From a virus: a DNA stretch of 64,000 nucleotides. The translations under genes and the position numbers were made by a program. The stretch is from positions 6,054-70,053 of the IMG/VR virus record IMGVR_UViG_3300021560_000018; one strand, 5' to 3'. Positions 55,533 to 64,000 of the stretch are shown here, one piece after another. Under the pieces are notes generated by a model that was not told the DNA's origin, did not search any database, and worked only from the letters and a program-made list of their open reading frames with translations. Within the stretch, counting starts at the first letter, position 1. Each line of letters starts with the position of its first letter.

Positions 55533-57811
55533 CAACGACCCCAGAGATCACCTCTGAGGAACTGCTAGTCGAGTGGTGCCGGCAGGGCTGGCGCTACCGC
55601 AAGGTCCACGAACGCCCGCAGTCACAGCAGGACTGGTACGCCGAGCGGGTGAAGTATGAACTTGACCTTATGCTGAAGAAGGACCTCGCTGACTTCTTCC
55701 TCGCGACTAGCGACATGGTTCGCTGGGCCAAAGACAGCGGCATCCCTGTCGGGCCTGGGCGGGGTAGCGTCGCGGCTAGCGTAGTGGCCTGGCTACTCCG
55801 AATCACCGAAGTAGATCCTGTCCGATACCCGCACCTACTGTTTGAGAGATTCATTGATATCACTAGGACCGACCTTCCTGATATTGATCTGGATATTTCT
55901 GACGATCGCCGCCACGAAGTTCGAGAGTACATGGCTCGACGTTATGGTGCTGATTGTGTCGGTACGGTTGCTAATTTTGTTCGGTACCGGGGGAAGAATT
56001 CACTAGCTGATGTAGCCAGGGTCTATAACGTACCCAAGTGGGCCAAGGAACAAGTTAGCAAGATGATCATTGAGCGATCGGGCGGGGACTCGCGGTTTGA
56101 CGCTAGCCTGATCGACACGGTGAACATGTTCCCCTCTGCTCTGGAGGTATTCGAACAGTTCCCGGACCTATGGAAAGCTACCCGGCTAGAGGGCAATATG
56201 GCCGGGATGAGTGTGCACGCCGCCGGGCTCATTGTCACGCCAACTCCGCTGACTGACATGTGCGCGGTATACCAGCGTGAAAGCGCTGGCGAAATGAGAG
56301 CCGTCCTGAGTATCGACAAGTATGATGTCGAGTACGCGAACATGCTCAAGATGGACCTGCTTGGACTTACGACCATGGGCGTTATCGCCCGATGCCTGGA
56401 CATGGCCGGGCTTACCCTGGAGGATCTGTATGCGATACCTGACGATGACCCCGGAGCACTCGACGTATTCAGACGCGGAGACGTCACGGGAATATTTCAG
56501 TTTGAGGGTCGAGCGACCAGACTGGTCAACCGGGATGTACATCCGGATAACTTTGCTGAGGTCACGGATATCAACGCACTCTCTAGACCGGGGCCACTAT
56601 TCTCTGGAACTACGGCTGAGTACGTGGAAGTCAAGCACGGAAAGCGTGAGCCTGAGCGCTACCATCCTATCGTCACTGATCTCACCCATCATACGAATGG
56701 CCAGATCATATACCAGGAGCAAATCCTACAAATAGTTCGAGAGGTCGGCGGCTTCGACTGGACGCACGCCGTCGAAATCAGGCGCATCATCTCCAAGAAG
56801 ATGGGCGAGGCTGCCTTCGGCGTCAGCCGTGGCGCGTTCGTGGAAGGCGCTGAGCAGCTACACGGAATTAGGGAGGAGACCTCAGACCGAATATGGAAAC
56901 GAATTGTAACTTCGGGTACGTATGCGTTTGTCTATGCCCACTCGGTGAGCTATTCCATTTTGGGTTTGTGGTGTGCCTGGCTCAAGGCCCACTACCCTCT
57001 GGAGTTCTATGCGGCACACTTGGCAAAGACAGACGACAAAGAGCAGTCCTTCAGGCTGATGCAAGACGCGAGAGCCCACGGGATCGAAGTACGGCCGCCA
57101 CGGCTGGGCCTCAGCGGCGCTACCTGGACAAGGAGTGTAAAGCGCAACCAGGTTGTCGCGGGCTGGCGACAGATCCCAGGGATCGGCGAAATCACGGCCA
57201 GCCGCATCGAGATGGAGAACCAGCTTAACCCGTTTAAGTCCATGTATGATATGGACAGGGTATGGGGCATCGGTCCGAAGACCATCGAGAAGATGGCCGA
57301 GTTCATGTCACAGAAGGACCCCTTCGGCCTGGAGATCACTAAGGACCGAATGAAGAAGGTGCGGGACTGGGCCAGGGGCACGAGCAGGGTACCTACCCCT
57401 TCCCATAACGGTACCGAGGTAGCAGCCGTTCATGTTGAGGAGCGTTATGGCGCGAACGCCCGCGCGAACTATGGCAAGGGTCCGGTGGTTGTATACGCGG
57501 GCATCGTCCGTGAGCGCAACTATCAGGACGCTGTGGAAAACCGCCGCTCGCGAACAGGCGAAGAGGTTGAGGACATTCTCAAGACCCTGAAGCGGCCAGA
57601 CCTGCTTGAGTACTGCTCCCTCCGCTGCTACGACGATACCGACGAGGAGGTGTATCTGCGCGTCAACCGATTCAAGTTCCCTGAACTGAAGGCCAAGATC
57701 GAATCGATCACGGTAAACCATGACGTACTGATATGCCTGGGCAACCGCATTGCCGGCTTCGGTACCCCGGTGATGGTCGATAGACTGTGGGTGGTGGACC
57801 CTGATGATTGA
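55526..57811 (+). CDS. dnaE: DNA polymerase III alpha, polymerase core fragment
   Basis: GIPVGPGRGS, LLFERFIDITRTDLPDIDLDI, HhH and OB-fold regions; GTG start at 55526 in the -1 frame relative to the micro-ORF. Confidence 0.85.
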   Translation: MVATTPEITSEELLVEWCRQGWRYRKVHERPQSQQDWYAERVKYELDLMLKKDLADFFLATSDMVRWAKDSGIPVGPGRGSVAASVVAWLLRITEVDPVRYPHLLFERFIDITRTDLPDIDLDISDDRRHEVREYMARRYGADCVGTVANFVRYRGKNSLADVARVYNVPKWAKEQVSKMIIERSGGDSRFDASLIDTVNMFPSALEVFEQFPDLWKATRLEGNMAGMSVHAAGLIVTPTPLTDMCAVYQRESAGEMRAVLSIDKYDVEYANMLKMDLLGLTTMGVIARCLDMAGLTLEDLYAIPDDDPGALDVFRRGDVTGIFQFEGRATRLVNRDVHPDNFAEVTDINALSRPGPLFSGTTAEYVEVKHGKREPERYHPIVTDLTHHTNGQIIYQEQILQIVREVGGFDWTHAVEIRRIISKKMGEAAFGVSRGAFVEGAEQLHGIREETSDRIWKRIVTSGTYAFVYAHSVSYSILGLWCAWLKAHYPLEFYAAHLAKTDDKEQSFRLMQDARAHGIEVRPPRLGLSGATWTRSVKRNQVVAGWRQIPGIGEITASRIEMENQLNPFKSMYDMDRVWGIGPKTIEKMAEFMSQKDPFGLEITKDRMKKVRDWARGTSRVPTPSHNGTEVAAVHVEERYGANARANYGKGPVVVYAGIVRERNYQDAVENRRSRTGEEVEDILKTLKRPDLLEYCSLRCYDDTDEEVYLRVNRFKFPELKAKIESITVNHDVLICLGNRIAGFGTPVMVDRLWVVDPDD

Positions 57812-58130
57812 ATTTAACTTCACAGGCGTAATAATAGCCAATGACGAATTCAGCTTTAAGTGCCACGATGCAGGGGTGAGAATATTGGCACTCAAGTACC
57901 ACAGCATAGGACCGATGAAAATCGATCCGGAAGACTTCAAGGGTACGTACAGCAGATGGGTATCTGGGAAATGCCCATGCTGCGGTAGTGATCTAGGAGA
58001 GGATGAGGGAACATGCCCGCAAACAATAGCCGAGGGGGTGGTGCTCTGCGGTCGCTGCATACGACAAGAGCATCATCTAACGGCCGGAGTCGTAGAGGGG
58101 ATCCTGCTCGCCCTCGTCAAGAAGTTGTAG
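57804..58130 (+). CDS. Zn-ribbon protein
   Basis: ATGA coupling to dnaE; CPCCGS...CGRC. Confidence 0.4.
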   Translation: MIEFNFTGVIIANDEFSFKCHDAGVRILALKYHSIGPMKIDPEDFKGTYSRWVSGKCPCCGSDLGEDEGTCPQTIAEGVVLCGRCIRQEHHLTAGVVEGILLALVKKL

Positions 58131-58141
58131 ACATCGACGAA

Positions 58142-58324
58142 ATGGATGACGAGACATTCGTCCAGCACATGAACAAGAGGCACAGGAGCTCTCTGGGTGG
58201 GCTCCCGTATCTCTGGGTTGTGGACGAGGGCGCTATGAGGGCATGGCGCGCTTTCCATAACCGGCTTCACAGCCTGCGGATCGACCTCAGGCACTCGCAC
58301 GAGAGAGAGCGTGTAGCGTCATGA
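58142..58324 (+). CDS. small hypothetical protein
   Basis: 60 aa; start uncertain. Confidence 0.3.
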   Translation: MDDETFVQHMNKRHRSSLGGLPYLWVVDEGAMRAWRAFHNRLHSLRIDLRHSHERERVAS

Positions 58325-58473
58325 AGAGCAACAGCCAAGGAGCGTCCAATGGCGGCTCCACAGGTGGGCCGACCGGCTACAAGTCATGGGGAGGGGGTTA
58401 CGAAGCACCTCGTTCGATTCAAGCCAACTGGTTCGACGTCGAGCCAGACCCGTTCTACGTGACATCGAGGTAA
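58321..58473 (+). CDS. small Gly-rich protein
   Basis: 50 aa, ATGA coupling. Confidence 0.3.
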   Translation: MKSNSQGASNGGSTGGPTGYKSWGGGYEAPRSIQANWFDVEPDPFYVTSR

Positions 58474-58823
58474 TGTTGGTTACCGACACAAGAGGAATCA
58501 ACTGGCGTACATGGTCCTCTAGGGACTGCGCCGAGACAGCGAGGTGCCCGGTCTGCCGAGAGGGGATCGGGTACCCCTGTCATTTCCTTAACGACAGTAT
58601 GCCATGGTACCCGGATCATTATGGCCCACAGTACCACCACGACCGTCTGGTAGCCGCGGAGCAAATGCCCGGCATACCAGCCCGCGTTGCCCGGCTTCGC
58701 GAGCTAGCCCAGATGAGCCAGCTGACCCTACTATCCCTGGCGCTGCGTGATTTCGACTGGCAGAGCGGGCACAAGCCAGTGCCGCAGAACCGGGACTCGC
58801 TTATCGCTTTCCTGCTCCCCTAG
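58473..58823 (+). CDS. hypothetical CxxC protein
   Basis: 116 aa, TAATG coupling; CAETARCPVC. Confidence 0.4.
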   Translation: MLVTDTRGINWRTWSSRDCAETARCPVCREGIGYPCHFLNDSMPWYPDHYGPQYHHDRLVAAEQMPGIPARVARLRELAQMSQLTLLSLALRDFDWQSGHKPVPQNRDSLIAFLLP

Positions 58824-58827
58824 AAGT

Positions 58828-58876
58828 TACCGGCCGGTAATTACACCCGTGTTTAGCTCCGAAATACCGGCCGGTA
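58828..58876. repeat. two copies of the 12-bp palindrome TACCGGCCGGTA, 25 bp apart
   Basis: 58828..58839 and 58865..58876. Related inverted repeat GCCGGTA-ac-TACCGGC at 59029..59044. Confidence 0.5.
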
Positions 58877-59134
58877 ACTTAGGGACCCTAACCTACCCCT
58901 TACCCCGATCCTAATCTCCCGGGAGCTCGGAGCTCCGCTCCGGCACGGAGGTGCTTCTCCCGGCCGCTAACCGGCCGCGCGGCCGATCACCGGGGTGACA
59001 TAACGCTTAGGTAACGGAAAGGCTAAACGCCGGTAACTACCGGCCGTAGCGAGTAGCGTACAGCTTGTCCCACGCGATTGCAATCAACCAGGATCACCCG
59101 AGAGCAGCCGCGTCCCGATTACGGATGGAGCAAC

Positions 59135-59893
59135 ATGCACGCCCAGCGTACGATAGCGGCTATCGCCGCCACGGCTGTCCTGACTGTCGCTTGTCTCGTA
59201 GCACTATTCGCCACCGGAATCTCCAGCAACCATATGACCGGCCCGAGCTCGGCGCTAGCCGAGTCTCTGCCGTTCAGCCCACCCGCGGTCAGCGCACCGC
59301 CACAGATGATTCCCGAGCACGTAGCCCAGGTCGTCACCCCGATCCTCATCACGGCTAACCCGAAACCACTATTCCCGACTAGCTATACAGTACGCTCCGG
59401 CGACACGCTGGGGAAGATCGCAGAACGCGAGTACGGCCACTTCAAGGACTGGCCAGTCATCTACTATGCGAACCACATCAAGTACGCCAACGTGATCCAG
59501 GTTGGTCTGAAGCTCACCATCCCACGCCTGCCGGCTCGTATTCCGGCGATCCCCGCTGTGCTGGCCCCGCCCGCTCCCAAGCCCGTCTTGGTAGTAGTGG
59601 ACGCCGCCCCGGCCGTGCAGCACTCCTCGGTGAGTTCCCAGCAAGTATCAACGGCGGGCATGAGTGCCTTCCAAGCGTGTGTGATCAGCCGCGAGTCCGG
59701 CGGCAACCCCCAGATCTGGAACGCCAGCGGACACTGGGGTCTGTATCAGTTCAGCTATTCGACCTGGGTTGCGTACGGCGGAGCGCCGTCGCTGTTCGGG
59801 AACGCAAGCGCGTCCTACCAGACGCAGATCTTCGACAATGCCATGGCAACTTCCGGCGGTGCAAACAACTGGGCACCCTACGACGGCTGCTAG
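59135..59893 (+). CDS. secreted LysM + Rpf-like transglycosylase domain protein
   Basis: N-terminal TM/signal, LysM (YTVRSGDTLGKIAEREYG...KLTIP), C-terminal transglycosylase-like ACVISRESGGNPQIWNASGHWGLYQFSYSTW. Confidence 0.6.
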   Translation: MHAQRTIAAIAATAVLTVACLVALFATGISSNHMTGPSSALAESLPFSPPAVSAPPQMIPEHVAQVVTPILITANPKPLFPTSYTVRSGDTLGKIAEREYGHFKDWPVIYYANHIKYANVIQVGLKLTIPRLPARIPAIPAVLAPPAPKPVLVVVDAAPAVQHSSVSSQQVSTAGMSAFQACVISRESGGNPQIWNASGHWGLYQFSYSTWVAYGGAPSLFGNASASYQTQIFDNAMATSGGANNWAPYDGC

Positions 59894-59903
59894 CTACCAA
59901 GCC

Positions 59904-59947
59904 GAGAGCCCCGCACCCTGAAAGCGGACCAGAGGTGCGGGGCTCTC
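59904..59947. terminator. bidirectional hairpin terminator between convergent genes
   Basis: 14-bp perfect stem gagagccccgcacc / ggtgcggggctctc with a 16-nt loop. Confidence 0.5.
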
Positions 59948-59954
59948 TTATGCA

Positions 59955-60929
59955 CTAGAACGAGCCACAGTTGTGGATCGTGACGCCACCGTCACCGCTG
60001 GCAGCGTACGCTCGACCGCCCGTCTCGTTCGAGTGAAGCTCGCCCACCTGCCAGGTCGGCTTACCCGGAGCCGTGTACTGCGACATCCAGGTGTGGCCGC
60101 CGTCGCTGGAGCTGATGTTGGCCCTGGCACCTTTGTTGGTGTACGACTCCCACCAGCCCGTCTGGTTCTTCGGAGGAACAGAAGCCACAGCGGCATTCTT
60201 CGTCCACCAGGTCTGCAGGTCTGCGTAGCTCATTGCCGCGTAGTCCCAGTCGATCGCGAACACCCCGTACTGGTCGAGCACACAGGACGCCCAGGGCGAG
60301 TTGGGTACGCTGACTGCGGGCATCGGGGAGATGGGGGCGAAGTACCTCGCGAGCCAGAGCGGATACTGACCCAGGCCCGCGCAATTGCCCTGGGCAATGA
60401 ACTGCTGGTACGTGTATACCCCACAGGCCGGAAAGCCTAGCGCCGAGTTGGTACCGGCGCACACATCTTCCGCCCATCCGGAGCAGTAGGAGGGAGACTT
60501 CCCGTCGGTCACCTCGTGGTCGAGGAACACACGGTCATTCTTGGTGATCCCGTTGTTCCTCAGGATCTGGACGAATTTGCTAGCGGTACTGGCCGCTGGT
60601 GACGACGGATGACCGAACACGTACGCGCCGCGGAGCAGGCCCATGCTCTTCGCGAGAGCCCATCGAGAAGCGAACTTGGAGTCCTGGCCGTAGCCCGGCT
60701 CGAACGCCTTGTGGATCATGAACTGGACCTTGGCATCATGGTACCACTGGTTGTTCTCGAACAGATCGATGCCGTACGTGATCGGGCCGGTGGCTGCCGG
60801 CGACATGATGGAAGTTCCTACTGACGGGACCTGCTGCCTTGCCGGGCTGTGAAGTTCCCCAGCTTCCGTGGTAGCAGGACTGACAGGCATCATGGTGGCA
60901 AGATCGTCGGGGGTGAGTTCGTAAGACAT
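59955..60929 (-). CDS. GH25-family muramidase (endolysin)
   Basis: GIDLFENNQW...FMIHKAFEPGYGQDSKF...GLLRGAYVF GH25 signature; 324 aa. Confidence 0.75.
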   Translation of the reverse strand: MSYELTPDDLATMMPVSPATTEAGELHSPARQQVPSVGTSIMSPAATGPITYGIDLFENNQWYHDAKVQFMIHKAFEPGYGQDSKFASRWALAKSMGLLRGAYVFGHPSSPAASTASKFVQILRNNGITKNDRVFLDHEVTDGKSPSYCSGWAEDVCAGTNSALGFPACGVYTYQQFIAQGNCAGLGQYPLWLARYFAPISPMPAVSVPNSPWASCVLDQYGVFAIDWDYAAMSYADLQTWWTKNAAVASVPPKNQTGWWESYTNKGARANISSSDGGHTWMSQYTAPGKPTWQVGELHSNETGGRAYAASGDGGVTIHNCGSF

Positions 60930-60943
60930 TGCGGCCTCCTGGC

Positions 60944-61366
60944 CTAACAGCTCAAGGGATGGAACGTGCTCTTCACAAACGATAGTATCTGGGTGATCTC
61001 CTCCTGTGCGTTCCGCTTCTGCTGCGGAGTCTCGTTCGGGCTCGGATGCTCTGTGGCAATGGCGATGAAGGTGTTCCAGAGCTTGATCTGATCAGCGCGT
61101 GCCTCGTTGGCCGAGAGGCAGTTGGAATGCTGAATAGCCCGTGTGCTGTCAGACTGAGATATAGCGTTGGTGGATAGGACGGCTACGCCGATCGTCAGCA
61201 GGATGTCGAGGACAAGCGAGAGGATCAGAGCAACGGATATCTGCCGTGTCCTCTTGCCGTAATTCTCGATGGCAGTCAGGCTTTTGCCTATGGTGTCCAT
61301 CGTCTCGCGGATGATCTTGACTGTGGTGATCACCTCGTCTGGGTGCTCCCCCGCCATCTCACTCAT
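60944..61366 (-). CDS. membrane protein (holin-like)
   Basis: Single TM helix ISVALILSLVLDILLTIGVAVL; next to the lysin gene. Confidence 0.4.
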   Translation of the reverse strand: MSEMAGEHPDEVITTVKIIRETMDTIGKSLTAIENYGKRTRQISVALILSLVLDILLTIGVAVLSTNAISQSDSTRAIQHSNCLSANEARADQIKLWNTFIAIATEHPSPNETPQQKRNAQEEITQILSFVKSTFHPLSC

Positions 61367-61368
61367 GT

Positions 61369-61689
61369 CTATCCCTGCCCTCTTTTCATCCAGTACTCTT
61401 CTATGAACCTAAGCCGGGTATCGGTCGCAGACCTATCGGTACGCATCTGCGCGTACATCTCTTTGTGAACTTCATTCTGCTCCGTCACGACGTTCTGCAT
61501 CGCGTCTGCTAGCTCCTTGTGGGCTTTCTCCTTGTCCCTAACAAGTTCACTTACATCCTCCACGAGCTTCTCGAGTCTGTCATCAGTCTTGGTCCATTTG
61601 ATCGCAGCTCGTACCAGCAGCACTAGCGCCGGTATAGCCAGGACACTCAGGACCGTCAGGGCTATCATGACGATCTCGAATTGCGACAT
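61369..61689 (-). CDS. membrane protein with N-terminal TM and coiled-coil (holin or spanin candidate)
   Basis: IVMIALTVLSVLAIPALVLL followed by a charged helical region. Confidence 0.4.
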   Translation of the reverse strand: MSQFEIVMIALTVLSVLAIPALVLLVRAAIKWTKTDDRLEKLVEDVSELVRDKEKAHKELADAMQNVVTEQNEVHKEMYAQMRTDRSATDTRLRFIEEYWMKRGQG

Positions 61690-61707
61690 AACATCTCACA
61701 CCCCTAA

Positions 61708-63987
61708 TCACCAGACAGGAGGATTCGCAGTACTGTACGGATCCTCGGGTACGGTGTTGATCGGAGAGAAGTCCCATTGCGTACTGGATATGTTCTCGGT
61801 GTACCCCATCACTAGTTCATTGATGACGTCGGCGTTTAGCCAGTTCGGCACGTTCGTGATCTGGAAATAATCGCCAATGTCCTGATCTGCGATCGAGAAG
61901 AATAGGGAGGCCAGTGAGCCACGGCGCAGGTCTAGATTTACGGATGGGAATCGGTACTGGCTGACCGTGCCTAGCATCAGCAGCCATGCAATCATGTTCG
62001 CGAGCTGGGCGTCGGAGTACAGGTATACAGTCTCGTTGTACGAGTAGTCGCCGATGCCATTAGGCGGATCCTGGATGCTCATGGCCCCGGACAATTGCTG
62101 CAGGGTAGCGCTCGCCCCGAGGTAACGGCTGATAACTATATCGTTCCTGGACAGGGCGTCGTCGGAAACTGGCTGGAATGGCGGCGAAAGGTGAGCCTGC
62201 GAATAGTCGATGATAAGCGGAACCTGTCCCTGCATGTTCTGCCGAGTGCGGTAGCCTATCCCGAACACGTCACGCGGTTCATACACCTGGCCTCGGTCTG
62301 CATTCTCGCAGTACTGGATCAGATTCATGAACGTGTCGTCGGTCTGCGGACCCATCTGCGGCGTGTCCGCATCCTGCCCCTGTAGCTGGAATGCGATCCC
62401 CTCCTCGGCAGCTAGCCTGGCTAGCCGCACCGACACAAGCTCGCCATCGAAGCCATTCAGCATGTTAGCTAGGTTCGCGAGCTGGTCAGAGTACTGCTGT
62501 ACCACGAACCATCCCATAGCGGTAGCCGAGCCGCTGTTCATAGAGCCAGTCGGATTCACGAACACATCCGACACGTTGCCCAGGCTGATACCAGTAACAG
62601 TACCGCTCACGAAGTTAGTGATGATTCCTGTGTTGACGTCAAGGGACCGCATGAAGAAGTTAATGCTAGTGCCGTTAGGTGCAAAGATAACCTGGATGGC
62701 CAGGCTCTTACCGTCGGCACCAGCCGATAGCTGTCCACTGTCCAGCAGAAGAGTTGACCCGTTGTACCCCTTTAGTTCCAGCTTGCCTCCAGTGTGATAC
62801 AAGAAGTCGATTGTCTGCAGGGTACCAAACGTTACGAAGCGCGCGAGAATAGCCCCATCAGTTTCACCAGCAGGGTCTACATGTAGCAGGAATGATATGA
62901 CGTTGTTCGGAACCGGCGGAGTAGTGCCTCCGTTCCAGCTTATCAGAGCGGCACCGGAACCACCATTGCCCGCGGCCGAGCCAGGGTGATCGGTCCCCGA
63001 GTTGTCGGTGTAGTCAGGCACGGCACCGCCGCCACCGCCGCCCGGTAGGTTCCCCGGCATTCCCTGGTTGCCACCCGCACTCAGGGCATCATTGTCGCTT
63101 GCGGTTATAGTCCCGGAGTATGTCGACCCTGCCGTACCTGCATGCACACCGGCCTTAATGAACACTATGTCCCCGGCGTTCAGTGATGCCTGTACATCCA
63201 CTTGCTGGTAGCTACCGACTGCGCCAGAGTTCACGGAAGTCACGTTAGGCGTCAGGTATAGGATGCCGTTTACATTCTTGACTCCGAGGACGAAGTTGTT
63301 GGCGTCATTCGCGCCTACCGTACCAGCTAGGGTTACCGTCCAGGCAATCCTGTAATTGCCTGCAGCTGTCACGGCAGCGGCACTCAGGATGGTAGCTCCA
63401 GATGCAGGAGCGCCTACCGAACCCGAACCCGTGGAGTTGACAGCACCACCGCCTACTCCGCCGGTAGTCCCGTTGTTGCCATTCGAAGATATGTGGCCTG
63501 CACTACCTCCACCACCGCCTGCCGGGAAACCAGAAGCCTGGTATTGCAGAATGGTCTGACCCTGACCGCCGCCACCACCCTGCGTACCTAGCGGGTTAGT
63601 GTTTCGGTTAGACGCCGCCGAACCAGCGCCTCCGCCGCCTCCAGGAGACCCGGTCTGGTTCCCTGTTTGCCCATTGGTCTGACCCGTACCTGTACCGGAA
63701 CCAGATAGGATGCGTCCGTTGCCGCCATTGCCTCCAGCTCCGTTACCGCCGCCGCCAGAGCGCGCACTACCGTTAGCGCCATTACCTCCAGGGTTGCCAG
63801 GGAAACCTCGGTTTCCTCCTCCACCCCCACCGCCACCGTAACTACCTGTGGACAACGCGCCGACTCCACCGTTGCCGCCGCTGTTCCCCGATCCTGAAGT
63901 GACGGTGCCGCCAGCTCCACCTCCACCCGCAAACCCTCCACCTTGCCCGCCTCCTGCCACGACTGACGAACCTGAGTCTCCGAACAT
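61708..63987 (-). CDS. Gly-rich minor tail protein / tail fibre (N-terminus may lie beyond the window)
   Basis: 759 aa; N-terminal approx. 350 aa are Gly-rich collagen-like (GGGGGGGNRGFPGNPGGNG...), C-terminal half globular. Confidence 0.6.
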   Translation of the reverse strand: MFGDSGSSVVAGGGQGGGFAGGGGAGGTVTSGSGNSGGNGGVGALSTGSYGGGGGGGGNRGFPGNPGGNGANGSARSGGGGNGAGGNGGNGRILSGSGTGTGQTNGQTGNQTGSPGGGGGAGSAASNRNTNPLGTQGGGGGQGQTILQYQASGFPAGGGGGSAGHISSNGNNGTTGGVGGGAVNSTGSGSVGAPASGATILSAAAVTAAGNYRIAWTVTLAGTVGANDANNFVLGVKNVNGILYLTPNVTSVNSGAVGSYQQVDVQASLNAGDIVFIKAGVHAGTAGSTYSGTITASDNDALSAGGNQGMPGNLPGGGGGGAVPDYTDNSGTDHPGSAAGNGGSGAALISWNGGTTPPVPNNVISFLLHVDPAGETDGAILARFVTFGTLQTIDFLYHTGGKLELKGYNGSTLLLDSGQLSAGADGKSLAIQVIFAPNGTSINFFMRSLDVNTGIITNFVSGTVTGISLGNVSDVFVNPTGSMNSGSATAMGWFVVQQYSDQLANLANMLNGFDGELVSVRLARLAAEEGIAFQLQGQDADTPQMGPQTDDTFMNLIQYCENADRGQVYEPRDVFGIGYRTRQNMQGQVPLIIDYSQAHLSPPFQPVSDDALSRNDIVISRYLGASATLQQLSGAMSIQDPPNGIGDYSYNETVYLYSDAQLANMIAWLLMLGTVSQYRFPSVNLDLRRGSLASLFFSIADQDIGDYFQITNVPNWLNADVINELVMGYTENISSTQWDFSPINTVPEDPYSTANPPVW

Positions 63988-64000
63988 CCCTGATGTAGTA

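Noticed and set aside
57308-58060. 250 aa minus-strand ORF
   Set aside because: Antisense to the dnaE 3' end and the following Zn-ribbon gene; disrupts otherwise uniform plus-strand coupling.
1-64000. rRNA genes or additional canonical tRNAs
   Set aside because: No rRNA-like conserved stretches; a scan by eye for GGTTCGAATCC / GTTCGAATC-type T-loops found only the 45126..45203 element.

Overview
This window reads as most of a high-GC actinobacteriophage genome, or prophage, laid out in three blocks. Block 1 (1..20470, minus strand) is a structural/late operon transcribed right to left: an Arg-rich DNA-binding protein (possible small terminase), terminase large subunit, HK97-family portal, ClpP-like prohead protease carrying a His-rich insertion, HK97-like major capsid protein, about 15 virion/tail proteins including two pairs of tandem paralogs, a G/GT tail-assembly-chaperone pair with an apparent -1 frameshift site, and a tape measure protein that runs off the left edge. 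Block 2 (20471..23386) is a roughly 2.9 kb non-coding hub with an AT-rich tract, divergent promoters, a hairpin terminator and an iteron-like repeat cluster; it may hold the replication origin, a centromere or the genome ends. Block 3 (23387..59893, plus strand) is a long early/replication block. It carries many small Zn-ribbon proteins, a RuvC-like resolvase on the opposite strand, a PrimPol-helicase fusion, a ParB-like protein and an SNF2 helicase. It also carries a membrane-anchored ricin-B-like lectin moron flanked by hairpins, a tRNA-like element, and a Cas4-like exonuclease followed by an AAA_24 ATPase and an SSB-like protein. Further along come a nucleotide-metabolism cluster (FAD/NAD-binding protein, HIT, ThyX, HD phosphohydrolase, SAM methyltransferase), an SPFH protein, and a DnaE polymerase split into a PHP-domain ORF and a core ORF by a small membrane micro-ORF. 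A LysM/Rpf-like transglycosylase converges on a leftward lysis/tail cassette at 59955..64000 (GH25 endolysin, two membrane proteins, Gly-rich minor tail protein). A recurring promoter-like architecture, TAGCG(C/T)-N17/18-TANNNT, often next to TACCGGCCG(GTA) palindromes, sits upstream of many operons on both strands. No integrase, transposase, rRNA or CRISPR array was found. All calls rest on reading the sequence and on recalled motifs; no database search could be run.
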